NCBI RefSeq assembly: GCF_006345805.1
Contig: NC_043022.1
Coordinates: 13,516,001-13,580,000 of the forward strand
Direction of reading: 5' to 3'
Source: Octopus sinensis
Taxonomy: Eukaryota
Length of the DNA: 64,000 nt
How positions within the stretch are numbered: the first letter of the stretch is position 1; each line of letters starts with the position of its first letter. The position numbers and the translations under genes are program-made. Shown here piece by piece: positions 38,563-52,581 of the stretch. A model generated the notes under the pieces. The model made no database searches, was not told the origin of the DNA, and saw only the letters and a list, made by a program, of their open reading frames with translations.

Positions 38563-40130
38563 TACAACAGGCTTCTTTCAGTTTCCGTCTACCAAATCCA
38601 CTCACAAGGCATTGGGATAGTAGAAGACACTTGCCCAAGATGTCACACAGTGGGACTGAACCCGGAACCATGTGGTTGGTTAGCAAGCTACTTACCACAC
38701 AGCCACTCCTGCGCCTATACATATATATACATACATACGTATACACATATATACATACATACATACGTATACATATATATACATACATACATACGTATAC
38801 ATATATATGGACAAGATTTTAGCACATATCAAATCCAAAGTCCCAGAGATGAAGAACACTGTCACTAATAAGAAAAGAGACAAAGTCTCTGAAGAAATGG
38901 AAAGTCTCCTTTCTCTTTGGATTGTTAGGTTGAATCGTCAGCGTGCTACTATTAGTCAAGAAATCATTCAAGAGAAAGCATTGTCTTTGAGGACCTGAAG
39001 AAAAAATATCCAGATAGGCGCAGGAGTGGCTGTGTGGTAAGTAGCTTGTTTACCGACCACATGGTTCCGGGTTCAGTCCCCCTGCATGGCACCTTGGGCA
39101 AGTGTCTTCTACTATAGCCTCGGGCCGACCAAAGCCTTGTGAGTGGATTTGGTAGACGGAAACTGAAAGAAGCCTGTCGTATATATATATATATATATAT
39201 AGATATATATATACATGTATGTATGTGTATGTGTTTGTGTGTCTGTGTTTGTCCCCCTAGCATTGCATGACAACCGATGCTGGTGTGTTTATATCCCCGT
39301 TAATTAGCGGTTCGGCAAAAGAGGCCGATAGAATAAGTACTGGGCTTATAAAAGAATAAGTCCCGGGGTCGAGTTGCTCAATTAAAGGCGGTGCTCCAGC
39401 ATGGCCGCAGTCAAATGACTGAAACAAGTAAAAGAGTAAAGAGTAAAAGAGATGAGAAAGATGTAGAGTTCATGTAGGTCCATGAGATTTAAGGAGCAAA
39501 GAAGTTATTACTCCATTAAGAAGCAAGGTGAATATGCATCAGTTGACGAACAACCAGCAGCGGAATTTCCGAAAGCATTAAAGAAAATCATCAAAGAAAA
39601 TGGATTTCTTCCCAAACAGATTTTTAATGTAGACGAAACTGGATTGTATTGGATAAAATTGCCAGACCGTTCATTCATTTCCAAGGAGGAGAAAACTTTT
39701 CCAGGCTACAAGGTCTCAAAAGAACGTGTGACCATTATATTGGGAGGTAATTGTGCAGGAGATTTTAAGTTTAAGCCATTGCTTGTGTACGTACCATGCA
39801 CACAACCCCTGTGCCCTGAAGAACATACCCAAGGCATCTCTCCCTGTTGTATGGATGGCTAATTCAAAAGCATAGGCTGCTGTTGTTGCTTTTGAAGATT
39901 GGTTCTTCAATCATTTTATCCCAGCAGCAGAGAAGTGCTGTAAGGAGAAGGGTATTCCATTTAAGGTTTTACTTATCTTAGATAATGCTCCTTGCAACCC
40001 ACAAAATATCGTAGATTTTGACCCCAATGTTACCATCGTATACCTCCCTCCGAACGCCACGTCTCTTCAGCAGCCAATGGATCGGGGAATAATTGCTATC
40101 GTTAAGTGTTACTATATGAAGCATCACATC
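38162..40130 (+). mobile_element. Decayed Tigger/pogo transposase gene split by two family A SINEs
   Basis: CENP-B-like HTH region, IFNVDETGLYW, LLILDNAP and LPPN...QPMDRGII motifs. SINEs at about 38312-38808 (-) and 39016-39450 (+). Confidence 0.88.
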
Positions 40131-40737
40131 GATAAATAAGCATTCATCATCATCTTCATTGTTTAACGTCCGCCTTCCATGCTAGCATGGGTTGGACGGT
40201 TCAACTGGGGTCTGGGAAGCCAGAAGGCTGCACCAAACCCAGTCTGATCTGACAGTGTTTCTATAGCTGGAAGCCCTTCCTAACACCAACCACTCCGTGA
40301 GTGTAGTGGGTGCTTTTTACGTGCCAATCTAAATAACAAATTTAAATACTAAAGAATTAAGAAGGGTTGTGCACTCAAAGTAAAATGGAACCTTTTGGAA
40401 AAGAAGACAAAAAGAAACTGGGATGAAATATTTAAAACTGAAACACATCTCAAAACACAGCTTTTTGTGCTGGAAATGACGAAGTACTGCACTAAATGAT
40501 TGTTGCAATGTTGGAAAGACCTGACAGCAGTAGACGTATCCAGCAGTGCAAGAATCATCATCATCATCATTTAACATTGGTCTTTGATGCTGGCATGGGT
40601 TGAACTGTTTGACAGAAGCTGGACTGTACCAAGCCTTCATGGCTAGATACCTTTCCTAACTCTTTACAGAGTGGATTGGAAATCAAAAGCTCACAAATTC
40701 AATGGCAGTGTTATAAACTGCGATGTATAATATATCT

Positions 40738-40968
40738 ATTTCTTTACTGCCCACAAGGGGTGAAACATAGAGGGGACAAACAAGGACAGACAAAGGGATT
40801 AAGTCGATCACATCGACCCCAGTGCGAAAGTGGTACTTTATTTATTGACCCCGAAAGGATGAAAGGCAAAGTCGACCTCGGCGGAATTTGAACTAAGAAC
40901 GTAGTGACAGACGAAATACGGCTACGCATTTTGCCCGGCGTGCTAACGTTTCTGCCAGCTCGCCACCT
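40738..40968 (-). mobile_element. SINE family B
   Basis: Full head and tail; flanking gtataatatatc duplication. Confidence 0.85.
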
Positions 40969-41949
40969 TGGCGAAGTATAGAAGTATAATATATCATCAG
41001 CATCATCATCATTATCATCATCATCATTTAATGTCCGTTGTCCATTATGGGTTGGACAGTTTGACCAGGGCCGGTAATCTGAGGGGCTGTACCAGACTCC
41101 AGTCTGTTTTATCTTGGTGTCTACGGCTGGATGCCCTTCCTAATGCCAACCACTTTGAGAGTGTAATGAGTGCTCTTACGTGCCACCAGCACGAGTGCCA
41201 GTCGCGTGTCACCAGACTCTGCCACAATTATCATTTCACTTGGCTTGATGGGGCTTCTTCTCCTATGTGTGTATGTTTGGGAGTGAAAGTGTGTATGCAT
41301 ACGTGTGTGTCCTTCCTCGATTTTTGTCTGTTTCAATTATTGAGAGGCAACCATCCTGGGGCACCACTTTGATGTGTGGTACCTATTCTGTTTGTTTTCT
41401 TTGACAAGCCACTGTTATGGGGGATGTAAACAAACCAACACTGGTTGTCAAGTGGTAGCGGGGACAAGAGCCCACAAATACACACATGATGGGCTTCTAT
41501 ACAGTTTCCGCTTACCAAATTCACTTACAAGACATTAGTTGGCCTGGGGGCCTAGAACAGAACTTGCTCAAGGTGTCATGCAGTGGGACTGAACCTGAAA
41601 CCACGTGGTAGCAAAGTGATCTTCTTAACCACACAGCCATGCCTCTATAATCATCATCATCATCATCATCATCGTCCGTTTTCGATGGTGACATGCGTTA
41701 TCCGTTCAATGTTGACTCTCGGAAAAAAAGATACTCAGTAACATAATAGAGATCGATAATATTATATTTTATTTTGGTCGAATTAAGTACCTGCTACTCT
41801 GAATTTCGCCTGTGGGTGCACGGAGTCTTGGGACAAGTTATGATTCCTAACTTGACTGAAGTCCTTATGGTACTTACAAGCAAACCCCAGGGTCATTTTT
41901 CAAATTACTCTGGAGAGCTCTGTACTCGTTTAATGTGTGTGTATAGATG

Positions 41950-41998
<49 letters not shown>

Positions 41999-42048
41999 GT
42001 ACACACACACGCATGTATCCTTATATACAGCCATATGCGTACGTGCGT

Positions 42049-43337
42049 ATAAGTGTGTGGGATAAATTGTCGCCATTTTATAGTATCATTTCGCGCATGC
42101 GCATTGTTTTTGAGTTTGTCCACTACAGTGTAGTGCGGTCAGTTGGGCACTGTCTGTGAGAAAAAAGGGGCCACCATGACGCAATTAACCATGCCAGAAA
42201 TTTGGAAACGACATGCTGTGCTGCTCGGCATTCGCGCCGGGAGCTCCAATGCGAACATTTCAGAGTGTCTGGGTGTCAATCTGAGGACAGTGCAAAGGAT
42301 TCGGAAAGAGTTGGACGAGTCTAATGGGGATTACGAAGGTACGGCAGCTCGGAAAACCCATTCTGATCGTTCTGATAAGAAAAGAACTCCCGAATTTGTT
42401 AGTGAGATTCAGGCCATGATTGACAGCGATCCCTCCAAGTCAAACAGGTCCATCGCCAGGGACATGGGAGTGTCTGAGTCTCTTATCAGGCAGGTCGTGC
42501 ATGAAAACATTCGGTATTCCTCATACAAGATGAGAAAGGGCCAGTCTTTATCCCAAGCCATCAAGGACAAGAGGAAGGACCGCGCTACGAAGCTTTTGAA
42601 CAAACTCAAGCATCCCATACAACCGAACGTGCTTTGGTTTTTCTCAGACGAGAAAATTTTCTGCCAGGATCAGATGAACACACAGAACAACCGTTGGCTT
42701 GCCCTGTCCCCAGGACATGCCCCGGGAGAAAAACATCCAGCCGACACCATGGTGTTGGGAGTGATCACTAGCGATGGCGACGTTATGCCTCCACTCATCT
42801 TACCACATGGCCTCAGACTCAACACGGAGACCTACATCAAATGCCTGGAGGAGGTAGTGCTGCCCTGGGTCAAGAAGGTGGCTGCTGGAAGACCTTATGT
42901 CTGGCAACAGGACTCTGCACCATGCCACACAAGCAGGAGAACCCAGGAATGGCTTTCAGACAATTTCTGCGACCACATCACCCCTAACATTTGGCCACCC
43001 GACTCCCCAGACTGCAACCCCCTTGATTATTATGTGTGGGGTGCAGTTGAGCGAGAAACCAACAAAACTCCTTGTAACAGCAAAGATGAACTGAAGGCAA
43101 GGATTATGGCAGCATTCGCCAACTTAAATAAGGAGACTGTCCTGAAGAATTGCAGAAGATTCCGAAGTCGTCTGGAGGCTGTGGTTGAAGCCAATGGCGA
43201 TTTTATTGAATAAATTTACTTTTTATTATTTCAAGATATTTTTATGTAATTTTGGTAAAATATATCTGTTAAAATGAGATGTCGGTGTTATTTTCATTTT
43301 TGCGTAAATTAGACGACAATTTATTCATCGCACCCTT
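42049..43337 (+). mobile_element. Tc1/mariner superfamily maT (DD37D) transposon
   Basis: Imperfect TIRs about 42049-42074 (aagtgtgtgggataaattgtcg) and 43312-43337 (cgacaatttattcatcgcaccctt) flank the transposase ORF. Confidence 0.88.
42177..43213 (+). CDS. DD37D transposase, uninterrupted ORF
   Basis: HTH N-terminus, WFFSDEK, WQQDSAPCH and SPDCNPLDYYVW, with 37 residues between the second and third catalytic Asp. Confidence 0.9.
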
Positions 43338-45389
43338 GTGCATGTGTGTGTGTGTGTGTGCATGTTTGTATAAGTGATTTCTTGAAGCTGAAAAGTTTTA
43401 AATTTACTTGTACAAAATGTTACATTTGAAGATAATTGTGAATTGATATTTTAAAATTGACAGCATTTGTATCCAACTGTTGTTACTCTTTTAAAGTGTC
43501 TGTTCGTTAAATTTTTAAAAGTCTCTATCCAATAGTATCATATTCAATTAATTCTTCTATTATTACTAATTTTTTAAATTCTTTCATCTCTCTCTCTCTA
43601 TATATATATAAATAAATAAATATATATATGTGTGTGTGTGTGTGTGTGAATGTGTATTTGTCTGTGTATGTGTGTGTGTGTCAATGTGCATTTATGTGTG
43701 CGTGTGAAGGGTTACCTTGTCAGCCATGTTAGTTTGAAAGCTTTTCTACTCCATCTATTAATTTCATTTACATCTAAAGATATAAAGATATAAATTGATA
43801 GCAACAATTTTCATTGACAAATAAAGTCGATATTTTAGGCTTATATTTGCATTTCCCTAATAAATTATATTATAGACATCTTTTTAATTCTAAAGTTAAA
43901 CATGCCGATATCAGTAATTCTAAAAAACAAAATTTCCCTATTCATCTTAATTCTCACTTCTTTACCCTTCATTTATTTTATTGAAATAAAATACCAAAAA
44001 TTTCCGTTAATTATTCTTTACGTTTCCATCAAATTTTTCCAGGAATTTTTGGCAAATCCAACTAATTATTAATATCATCATTATTAGTGTTATTATTATT
44101 ATTATTATTATTTTTGCTGACTTTTATTCTGAATGATAAAAATAATAATAATAAAAGGAAAATAGATGAATGTCGCCTGTTGAAAAATACAGCGAAGTTA
44201 CGAATAATTCCCCCTCACTGTTACTGCCGATAATCGCCTCTCAGTTCTCTTGGTTTTTATAGCTGATGCTTATAGCAGCAGTGGGATTGTAAACCATTAT
44301 TTACAAAGAAGAAGAAAAAATTCAAATTAGAAACCATTATGTTTTTCATTTGGAATGGCGGTGGTGCATTGGCAAGATGGTGAAGGCGTTGGACTAACGA
44401 AGAAAACTATAATACAAAGTGCCTTGCGGTATTTGCTCCGGCTCTTTGTTTCTAAGTTGAAATTAGGTTGCGTGGGGTGGGTCGTCTTTTGCTTTTTATC
44501 CTCTGGGGAGAGGGGAATCAGTAAAATAAAAGTACCAGTCATATACTGAGGTCGATGACATCGACTAAATCCCATGCCCTAAAAATTCCCCTTGCGATTT
44601 TTGTTGCGTAAAATTAGGAGCAATTATTTTCTCTTACTGAAAAAGGGCTGTGGATTACGGGGATCATAAGGATGTCGATGGAAAAGATTTTTTTTAAAAA
44701 ATGAAGCAAAGAACGAAAAGCCTCCCAGTGTTTTTCCGGTTCCTTACGTTCTGATTTCAAATCTTGCCGAGGTCACCTTTGCCTTTTATCTTTCCGTGGT
44801 CGATATAATCGACTGTTTCCCCACCACCATCAGCTCCATTACAAATTGACATTCGACACAAATCTTTTTTACTGTCACCTTTTATCTCAAGCGATCGATA
44901 ATTTCTCTTTAAAAAATTCCAATTCCCTCTCCCTTATTTTGTTTTGAAGAATTGTCCCTGAGATATTTCTTTGATTAATTTTTTTCCCATTATATTGGGT
45001 AAGAAAAGAAATGGAAAGAAGATGACAATTTAAACAAAATGAAATCAAAAATTTTAATATGGTGGATGAATGTGTCTTTCTAATTAAATTTAATACGTAT
45101 ATATTTTTAAATAATAAAGTTAATGTCACATGCTTTTAAATATCTTAATGGCCCTCCCCCAAGTGTAATTAAATGCACTGCGGCCATGCTGGGGCACCGC
45201 CTCTAATGGTGTTAAAATTTTTTTTAGATTTTATCGAACACCGATTTTTATATCTGCTACTTATTATATCGACACTACCTAATTTACTGAGAGGTTAAAC
45301 TACCGTGTTAATTATTATTTATTAATTATTGCTAATATTACACAGAGTACCCTCACACATACACATATAGGCGTCTAAGAAACCATGGC

Positions 45390-45439
<50 letters not shown>

Positions 45440-47313
45440 GGTATTTCGTTTTGGGATTTAGTTTGCAACATTCTTTATGTGAGTTCGTGTGTTGAAGCAT
45501 ATTCTGTTGCATTCTCTTGCAAGACGCAACGAATTTTAGACGAATAAATAAATGAGTGGAAGTTTTATTGGTGGGTGTGTTAAATTATAAGGCACTAAAA
45601 GAGAATGACTCTCTCCAGACACAACAGTGTATGAAGGTAGTTCTCCGTCAGATCTGACGGTGACCTTAGCAGATGCAAAAGTAGTGAGTAAATAAAGCTA
45701 GGAAGAAAGCAAACGGAACAGAACGTTGCTCTTTTAAGGTTTTTGCTGCGACTGAAAAGTTACAAATATTTTGGCAGCGAACCATTTGTCACACACCACA
45801 CGCACAGTGTTCATTTACACCATATGTCGTCATCCGCCTTCCGTGCTGGCATGGGTGGGACGGTTTGATAGGAGCCGGCCAGACTTCTGGAACTGTTTTG
45901 GTGGGGGCTTTACAGCTGAATGACCTTTCTAACACCAACCACACAGCAGTGGGGGACTTAGTGTTTATTACGTGGCACAAGCACAAATGAGATCAGTTTT
46001 TGGCAAGGTTTTTGCAACTGGATCCTCTTCCAAACGCCACCCACTTTACAGTGTGGACCAAATGCTTAAGTGGCATTTGCACTGACAGGGTCACCATGTA
46101 CCTTGCAGGACAAAACAAATCTTTTCAGGTAGGAAGGGGAATTGGAGGAGGTGAGATAGAAACAGGTGTCTTGCTGTAGAGGAGGTACCAGGTTACTCGG
46201 CCGGAGAGAGAGAGAATGAAGGCAGAAACAGGTATGATGCTACAAAGGAGATACATGGTTACCCATCCTGAGGGAATAGCATATGGAGGAGAGAGAGAGA
46301 GAATGGGAGACAGCAGGAAAGCGACGGTGACAAAGTGCCGGACATACTCACAAAGGACGGGGACCAGAATATAAATGGGATGGTTGAGTAAAGGAAGAAA
46401 GAAATATAGATGGTGGCAAGTACCAGGGTATACCATTGAGGTTCGAACGTCATAAGTAGTATAATATTGCGAAAGAAGCAGATTAGAGAGTGCGGAGGGA
46501 GAGGGGGAAGTGAGTGGCGAAAACCTGGGTATATACCCAGGTTTACACCATGTATATATATATATTGGCCTGCTCGCCTAGTCAGCAGAGTGGCGTCATT
46601 TGAAGGCTAAAACAATGCGAAGCGCATTGTGACCAGCGATGTGTAGCAACATCTGATAGCCTGGTCGGTTACGGTGATATATATATATATATCCTTGGTG
46701 ATGTCACATATATATTCTCTGAAGAAGTCTCTCGGAGTTTCTAATCTAACAAGTTCCATTTAAAAACAAAAAAAAGTATTTATTGATAAACTTGAAAATA
46801 AGTCAAAAGTCACTTGGTTTAATGTGCAGTATAATGTGATCGAACCCCGAACCACCTGGTTATAAAACAACATTCTTAACTAGGCAGGAGAGAGATAAAA
46901 TGTTAATACCGAACTTAATTTCATTCCAAATTTTAGGATTTATCGGTATTCTTTTTTTTTTCTTTCTCCTTTCTATCTACGAAGATGTGTCTGTTTGTGT
47001 TCTTTGGTCGTTTTTGCTAATACGTCTAGATCGACATAGGTCTATGGTTAGAATTAATGGTAAGCTAGAGAAAGGGTACCCAATACATATAATAAAATAA
47101 AGAGTTTATTTGTCGTAAAGTCGAGGTTTTCAGTTTTTTTAGGCCATCTCTAAGATTTCTGTTTCCTATCTATCTATCTATCTATCTAGATAGATAGATA
47201 GATAGATAGATAGATGAGAGCGAGAGAGAGAGGAAGAAGGCTAGATTTATATATATATATGATCTCTTAGAGAGATTTCAGAACGAGCATTTTTGCTTGT
47301 ATATATATTTGCC

Positions 47314-47389
47314 TAGCAAAAGCAACAGAGTGACTCAAGGTCCGAAGCACGAAGCTCTCAGACTTTGAGTCACTCTGTTACTTCTACTA
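47314..47389. ncRNA. Pre-miRNA-like hairpin candidate
   Basis: 47324-47342 pairs with 47361-47379 (19 bp, one G-U), with an imperfect basal extension. Confidence 0.3.
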
Positions 47390-50084
47390 AATATTAATAA
47401 AAAATATATGCCTAATCATATTTTGAGTTCTGCCTCTCCTGTTTCCATCAACATACCTGTGTGTAGAGGGGTGTATACTATATAATAATAGTTTTTGATA
47501 TACGATCTAAATATATAGAAACAACTATATAGAAATTAAGCTGAAGGATCGTTCACTAACTCTGCACTTTTCTTTTTAGTAACCATTTTATTTTCACAAG
47601 GACAGGCTTGACAGTTCAAAAATTTTGATATAATGTCGCCTTCCACGAACCTTATATATATATATAATAAAGTGCCGTGAATTGACTTTTAGATCTCATT
47701 TAAATTTTGAATTCTTGATGTTACATTTTAGGTTGTGTTCCTAAATAATTTAATAGCTTTGAGGGAAAAGCAATTACGTATATTCCCAACAAGAGGTTAA
47801 TCACATCTAGAATAAGATACATCTATCTGTAAAGCTCGACTTAATTTTCCTCTTCGTCAGATTTTCTCTAGCTTTAATCACTCATCTTTAATAATTTCCT
47901 TGGCATTTTAACTATTTATTAATTACAAATTAACTAACAAAATATTTATGGTTGTGGGTGTTATTTCTTTTTTCTAAAACCATCCATTTTTTTTTATTTA
48001 ATCTATTTATTTTCTCTTTCTCTCTCTAAAATTAGTTATGAAGTTACATCATACTTTCAATATGGTTTCGTTATCTTTTACCTACTTCTGTCATTAGACT
48101 GCGGCCATGCTGGGGTTTTAAAACCTTTGAAGGTTGTCAAAGAAATCGATGCCAGTAATTTATTATATTTTTTTGTACATCAGGTACTTTTCCATCGAGT
48201 TTTTATTTTAACTGAACCAAACTAGCACTACTTGTCAGGTGGGGAACTAAGATAAGGACGAGCACGAATGCATATTATCACATATTTTATTATCGCGTGT
48301 TATATAATATACGACGGGATTCATTCAGTTTCCGCCTACCAAATCCACTCACAAGGCTTTGGTAAGCCCGTTTTTGTAGTAGAAGACACTTGCTCAATGT
48401 GCCAAGCTGTGGAACTGAACCCGAAACTGTGTGTTGGATGCAAGCTTGTTGCCACACAGCCATGCCTGCACTTATGTCAGAATTTTGTTTTTTTTTGTAA
48501 TTTAAAACAAAATCGATGAGAAATATGGTGAAATTTGTTTTAATTTTTAAATTTATTTTTAATAAATTTCGATGGATTCAGAAAAAGAATTTTAGCAGAA
48601 AAGGGAGGGGAGACAACTACAACAAAAATAAACGGAGACATAGAAGAAATTGTAGAGAAGTAATTATAATGATGTTTGCTGGGTTTGATATGAAGTGTGT
48701 AGGTGTAAATTAGAAAATTTCTTTTAATTTTACACCTACATAGATAGGTGAGGGGAAGAATGTGACAGGGAAGGAGATAATGTCAGAAAAGAGAGGCGAG
48801 GAAATATGTTTTTTTTTAATGTTAAAGGAACAGTGAGTGTGTGTGAGAGACATTAGATTTGAAATAATAATGGAGAAAGATGTTTTCAGGTGGTGAGGGT
48901 CATAAATGCTGCGAGTGTCGGAGTTCGAAAGGAGAATTGTGGGAGAGAAGTCGCTTTGAAAGACTAAATGGAAATGTAGAGGAAAAGAGAGATCAGTGTA
49001 GAGAAGAGAGAGAGAGAGTGGGAGGAATGCGTATGAGAAAGGTTAAAAGTGTAGCGAAAGAGAGAGAGAGAGAGAGAGGTGGAGAAAGAAGGAGAGTATA
49101 CTTCAGAAGAGAGACAAAGTGGGGGTGGAAGCTTATGAGAAAGGTAAAGAAAGACGTAACGAAAGAGGGAGAGAGAGTGGATGAGAGAAAACGAAGGAGA
49201 GGAGAGAGAAAGGAGAGTGTAATGCAGAAGAGACGAAAAGAGAAAGGGGGAGGAAGTGTAAAAAGAAAGGTTATAAATGTAACGAAAGAGAGAGAGAGAG
49301 AGAGAGAGAGAAGGTGAGTTCAATGTAAAGAGAAAGGGAAGAAGTGTTTAAATTCGTTAATAAAACCCAATAAAAACGATTAAAGCGTAAACAAAACAAA
49401 AACAAAAAAAAAGGGGTTTTGCCAAACTCTTTTCGTAAAATACTAGCCTAAAATTTAATTTTTTTTTAAACAAAAAATTGTTCGGGCGTTACGTGTCTGA
49501 CTGTAATATCCCGTCCCGTAGTTACAGGCAAGAAATTTTTTCCTGTTACCAATGATATGTCGGACTCCTACGTTTTATACAAATCTATTTATTTAATTTC
49601 AATATTCATTTAACTACGGTAATTTCTGTGCCTTCTTTTTTCAGTCCTCACGGGGACCATCTGAGGTGTGTATGTTTGGAGGGGAGTGATGATAGTGGTG
49701 GTGCGGCCCTCTCCTTTGAAGAACCAGACACAACCTCATTAACATATTGTATGCAAATTTCAGTAGTGGATCGTCCCCACCCCCACCCCCAGTTCTCTAC
49801 GTTACTACTCTTACTTTCTTCTGGGACAGAAGAGTTTTACAAGTGCTTAATCAGCCTCAATTTGTCCTTGAGGAATAGAAAGGTTCCTTTCTCTTGCTAT
49901 AATATAAACGATTCTGGAACTAACAAATACTAGCGCCCAAACCATAACGACCACCACTACCACTACAGTATAAGGGAATTTTGACCTCCCAGCCCTCTTT
50001 ATTAACAATTTCTAATTTAGGGTCCAAGGCCAATAATTTCAAGAAGAGGTGAGGGGTTAGTCTTGACACTGCATTTTCATGAGC

Positions 50085-50814
50085 TTGACCCTTTCATTAC
50101 TGTATTTCTGTTGAGATGCTCTGTGTTTCTTTCAATTACTTTAAATATAACAAAGAATTTAGTAAAACAACTTAGTTATCACGAAGCTAGTGTTAGGAAC
50201 ATAAATTGTGACTGAGGTTTGGTGGAAGATTTTAATTCGAAACTTATGAAAACAAGACATTTGTACTCAGAGCCAGAGGTGGTTTCAGCCAGGTTGGCAT
50301 CGAATGGGTTAAGAAATGTTTCTCTATTATATATTTTAACCCTTTCATTACTGTATTTATTTTGAGATGCTCTGTATTTCTTTCAATTACTTTAAATATA
50401 ACAAAGAATTTAAAATAACTTAGTTATCATTAAGCTGGTGTTAGGAACATAAATTGTGACTAAGGTTTGGGGGAAGATTTTAATTCAAAACTTATGAAAA
50501 AAAGACATTTGTACTACAGAGCTAGGGCTGGTTTCAGCTGGGTTGGTAACGAAAGGGTTAAGAATTGTTTCTCTATTATATATTTTAACCCTTTTGTTAC
50601 CCTATTTCTGTTGAGATGCTCTGTGTTTCTTTCAATTAATTTTAAATATAACAAAGAATTTAGTAAAATAACTTAGTTATCGTTAAGCTGGTGTTAGGAA
50701 CATAAATTGTGACTAAGGCTTGGTGGAAGATTTTAATTTAAAACTTATGAAAACAAGACATTTGTACTACAGAGCCAGAGCCGGTTTCAGCTGGGTTGGT
50801 AACGAAAGGGTTAA
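50085..50814. mobile_element. Three tandem TTAA-flanked MITEs
   Basis: Units 50085-50312, 50336-50561 and 50585-50814 with ttaaccc...gggttaa ends. Confidence 0.8.
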
Positions 50815-51059
50815 ATAGATGAAAGGTAAAGTTGACCTGTGCATGATTTGAACACAGAACGTAAAGGCTTATTTAGATTTAGACATGGGTGCTCCCACAT
50901 CAGATGAAAGCAGGAGACATCCAAAGTACCCCAGCAGCCACCCTCATCCTGCCTCCAACTGGAGACACCCACTGCGATACACTCTGGACTGCTTCCGTAG
51001 CCTCACGTTTTTCTAGGGACAGAGTCTCGAGCTGATGGTCAGCCATTTGTATTTACCCT

Positions 51060-51278
51060 TTTACCCTTTTTTTACTTGTTCCAGTCATTTGACTGTGGCC
51101 ATGCTGGAGCACCGCCTTTTAGTCGAGCCAACCGACCCCCAGGACTTATTCTTTGTAAGCCTAGTACTTATTCTATCGGTCTCTTTTGCCGAACCGGTAA
51201 GTTATGGGGATGTAAACACACCAGCATTGGTTGTGAAGCGATGTTGGGGGGGACAAACACACATATACACATACATAC

Positions 51279-51333
<55 letters not shown>

Positions 51334-51474
51334 TACAATGGGCTTCTTTCAGTTTCCGTCTACCAAATCCACTCACAAGGCTTTGGTCGGCCCAAGGCTA
51401 TAGTAGAAGACACTTGCCGAAGGTGCCATGCATTGGTTGTGAAGCGATGTTGGGGGGGACAAACACACATATAC

Positions 51475-51532
<58 letters not shown>

Positions 51533-51705
51533 CACACATATATACAACGGGCTTCTTTCAGTTTCCGTCTACCAAATCCACTCACAAGGCTTTGGTCGGC
51601 CCAAGGCTATAGTAGAAGACACTTGCCGAAGGTGCCATGCAGTGGGACTGAACCCGGAACAATGTGGTTGGTAGGCAAGCTACTTACCACACAGCCACTC
51701 TTACA
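51060..51705 (-). mobile_element. SINE family A with ~200-bp internal tandem duplication
   Basis: cattggttgtgaagcgatg...aaggtgccatg occurs twice. Confidence 0.85.
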
Positions 51706-52327
51706 CCTTAGGAAACAATTTAAGTGGATCTGTCTCTATTGACTGCTAGCTGAGGTACATGAAGTATAGTGTAGGTTGTCTTCAGTCATGGGACACCTGG
51801 TCATTTGTGCTTCTCAAAACTCCTTCATCCTGACCACTGGCTGCTACTGCAACTCCTCCACCCACCTCATGGCACAGTGTCAACACTACCCTCTCATATA
51901 CCTTAGCCCACCAGATGATGTGGTGTACTGGGGTGTGGCACTTGAAACCAACACAAGAGAAATTTAGGCACTTGATTGGCAACTTTATTTTGTTAACCTT
52001 GAAAGAAGGCCAGGTAAAGTTGACCTTGGCAGGATTTGAACTCATAACATAAGGAACCAGAGTAGAATCAATGAAGTGATTTTTCGAATGCCTTGATCCT
52101 GTAGCATTCAGATTTCTCTGTCAAATGTAATACATGTCCATTCACATTACTTTGAATTAATCATGCATTATCTTGTAGCTTTGAGATTTCAATGATGTGA
52201 TTGCTTGTTTTGAATGTCATTGTTGGGTAGGTGTGAGAGGCCAGATCTGGCTAGTTTCAACATCAGACAGGAAATTTGGGGTTGGATATGGCCAGTTGAA
52301 GTGCTAAAGGGTTAATTTTTCTTCTCA

Positions 52328-52581
52328 ATATTGTTATATTTCGGAATGGTCATATTGCCAGTTTAGTCAATAAAAACACACGCACTATATATTACTATAT
52401 ATTTGGTGTTGTTTTGCTTCAGTGTTATTTATTTTTTTACATTAATCTTAATCTTATTTCGGCCAGAGTTCTTTCGTCACACTGCTGTGACCGCATCAGT
52501 GGTCCTTTGTTTTCTTCTTTCTTATTTGTGTGTTTTTATTAGCTATACTGGCAAAATGACCATTCCGAAATATAACAATAT
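52328..52581. mobile_element. Foldback element with 35-bp inverted termini, related to 15080-15495
   Basis: 52328-52362 versus 52547-52581, one mismatch. Confidence 0.8.

Noticed and set aside
49643-49663. Possible 21-nt plus-strand microexon (tcctcacggggaccatctgag)
   Set aside because: Good acceptor but weak donor, and no partner exons identified.
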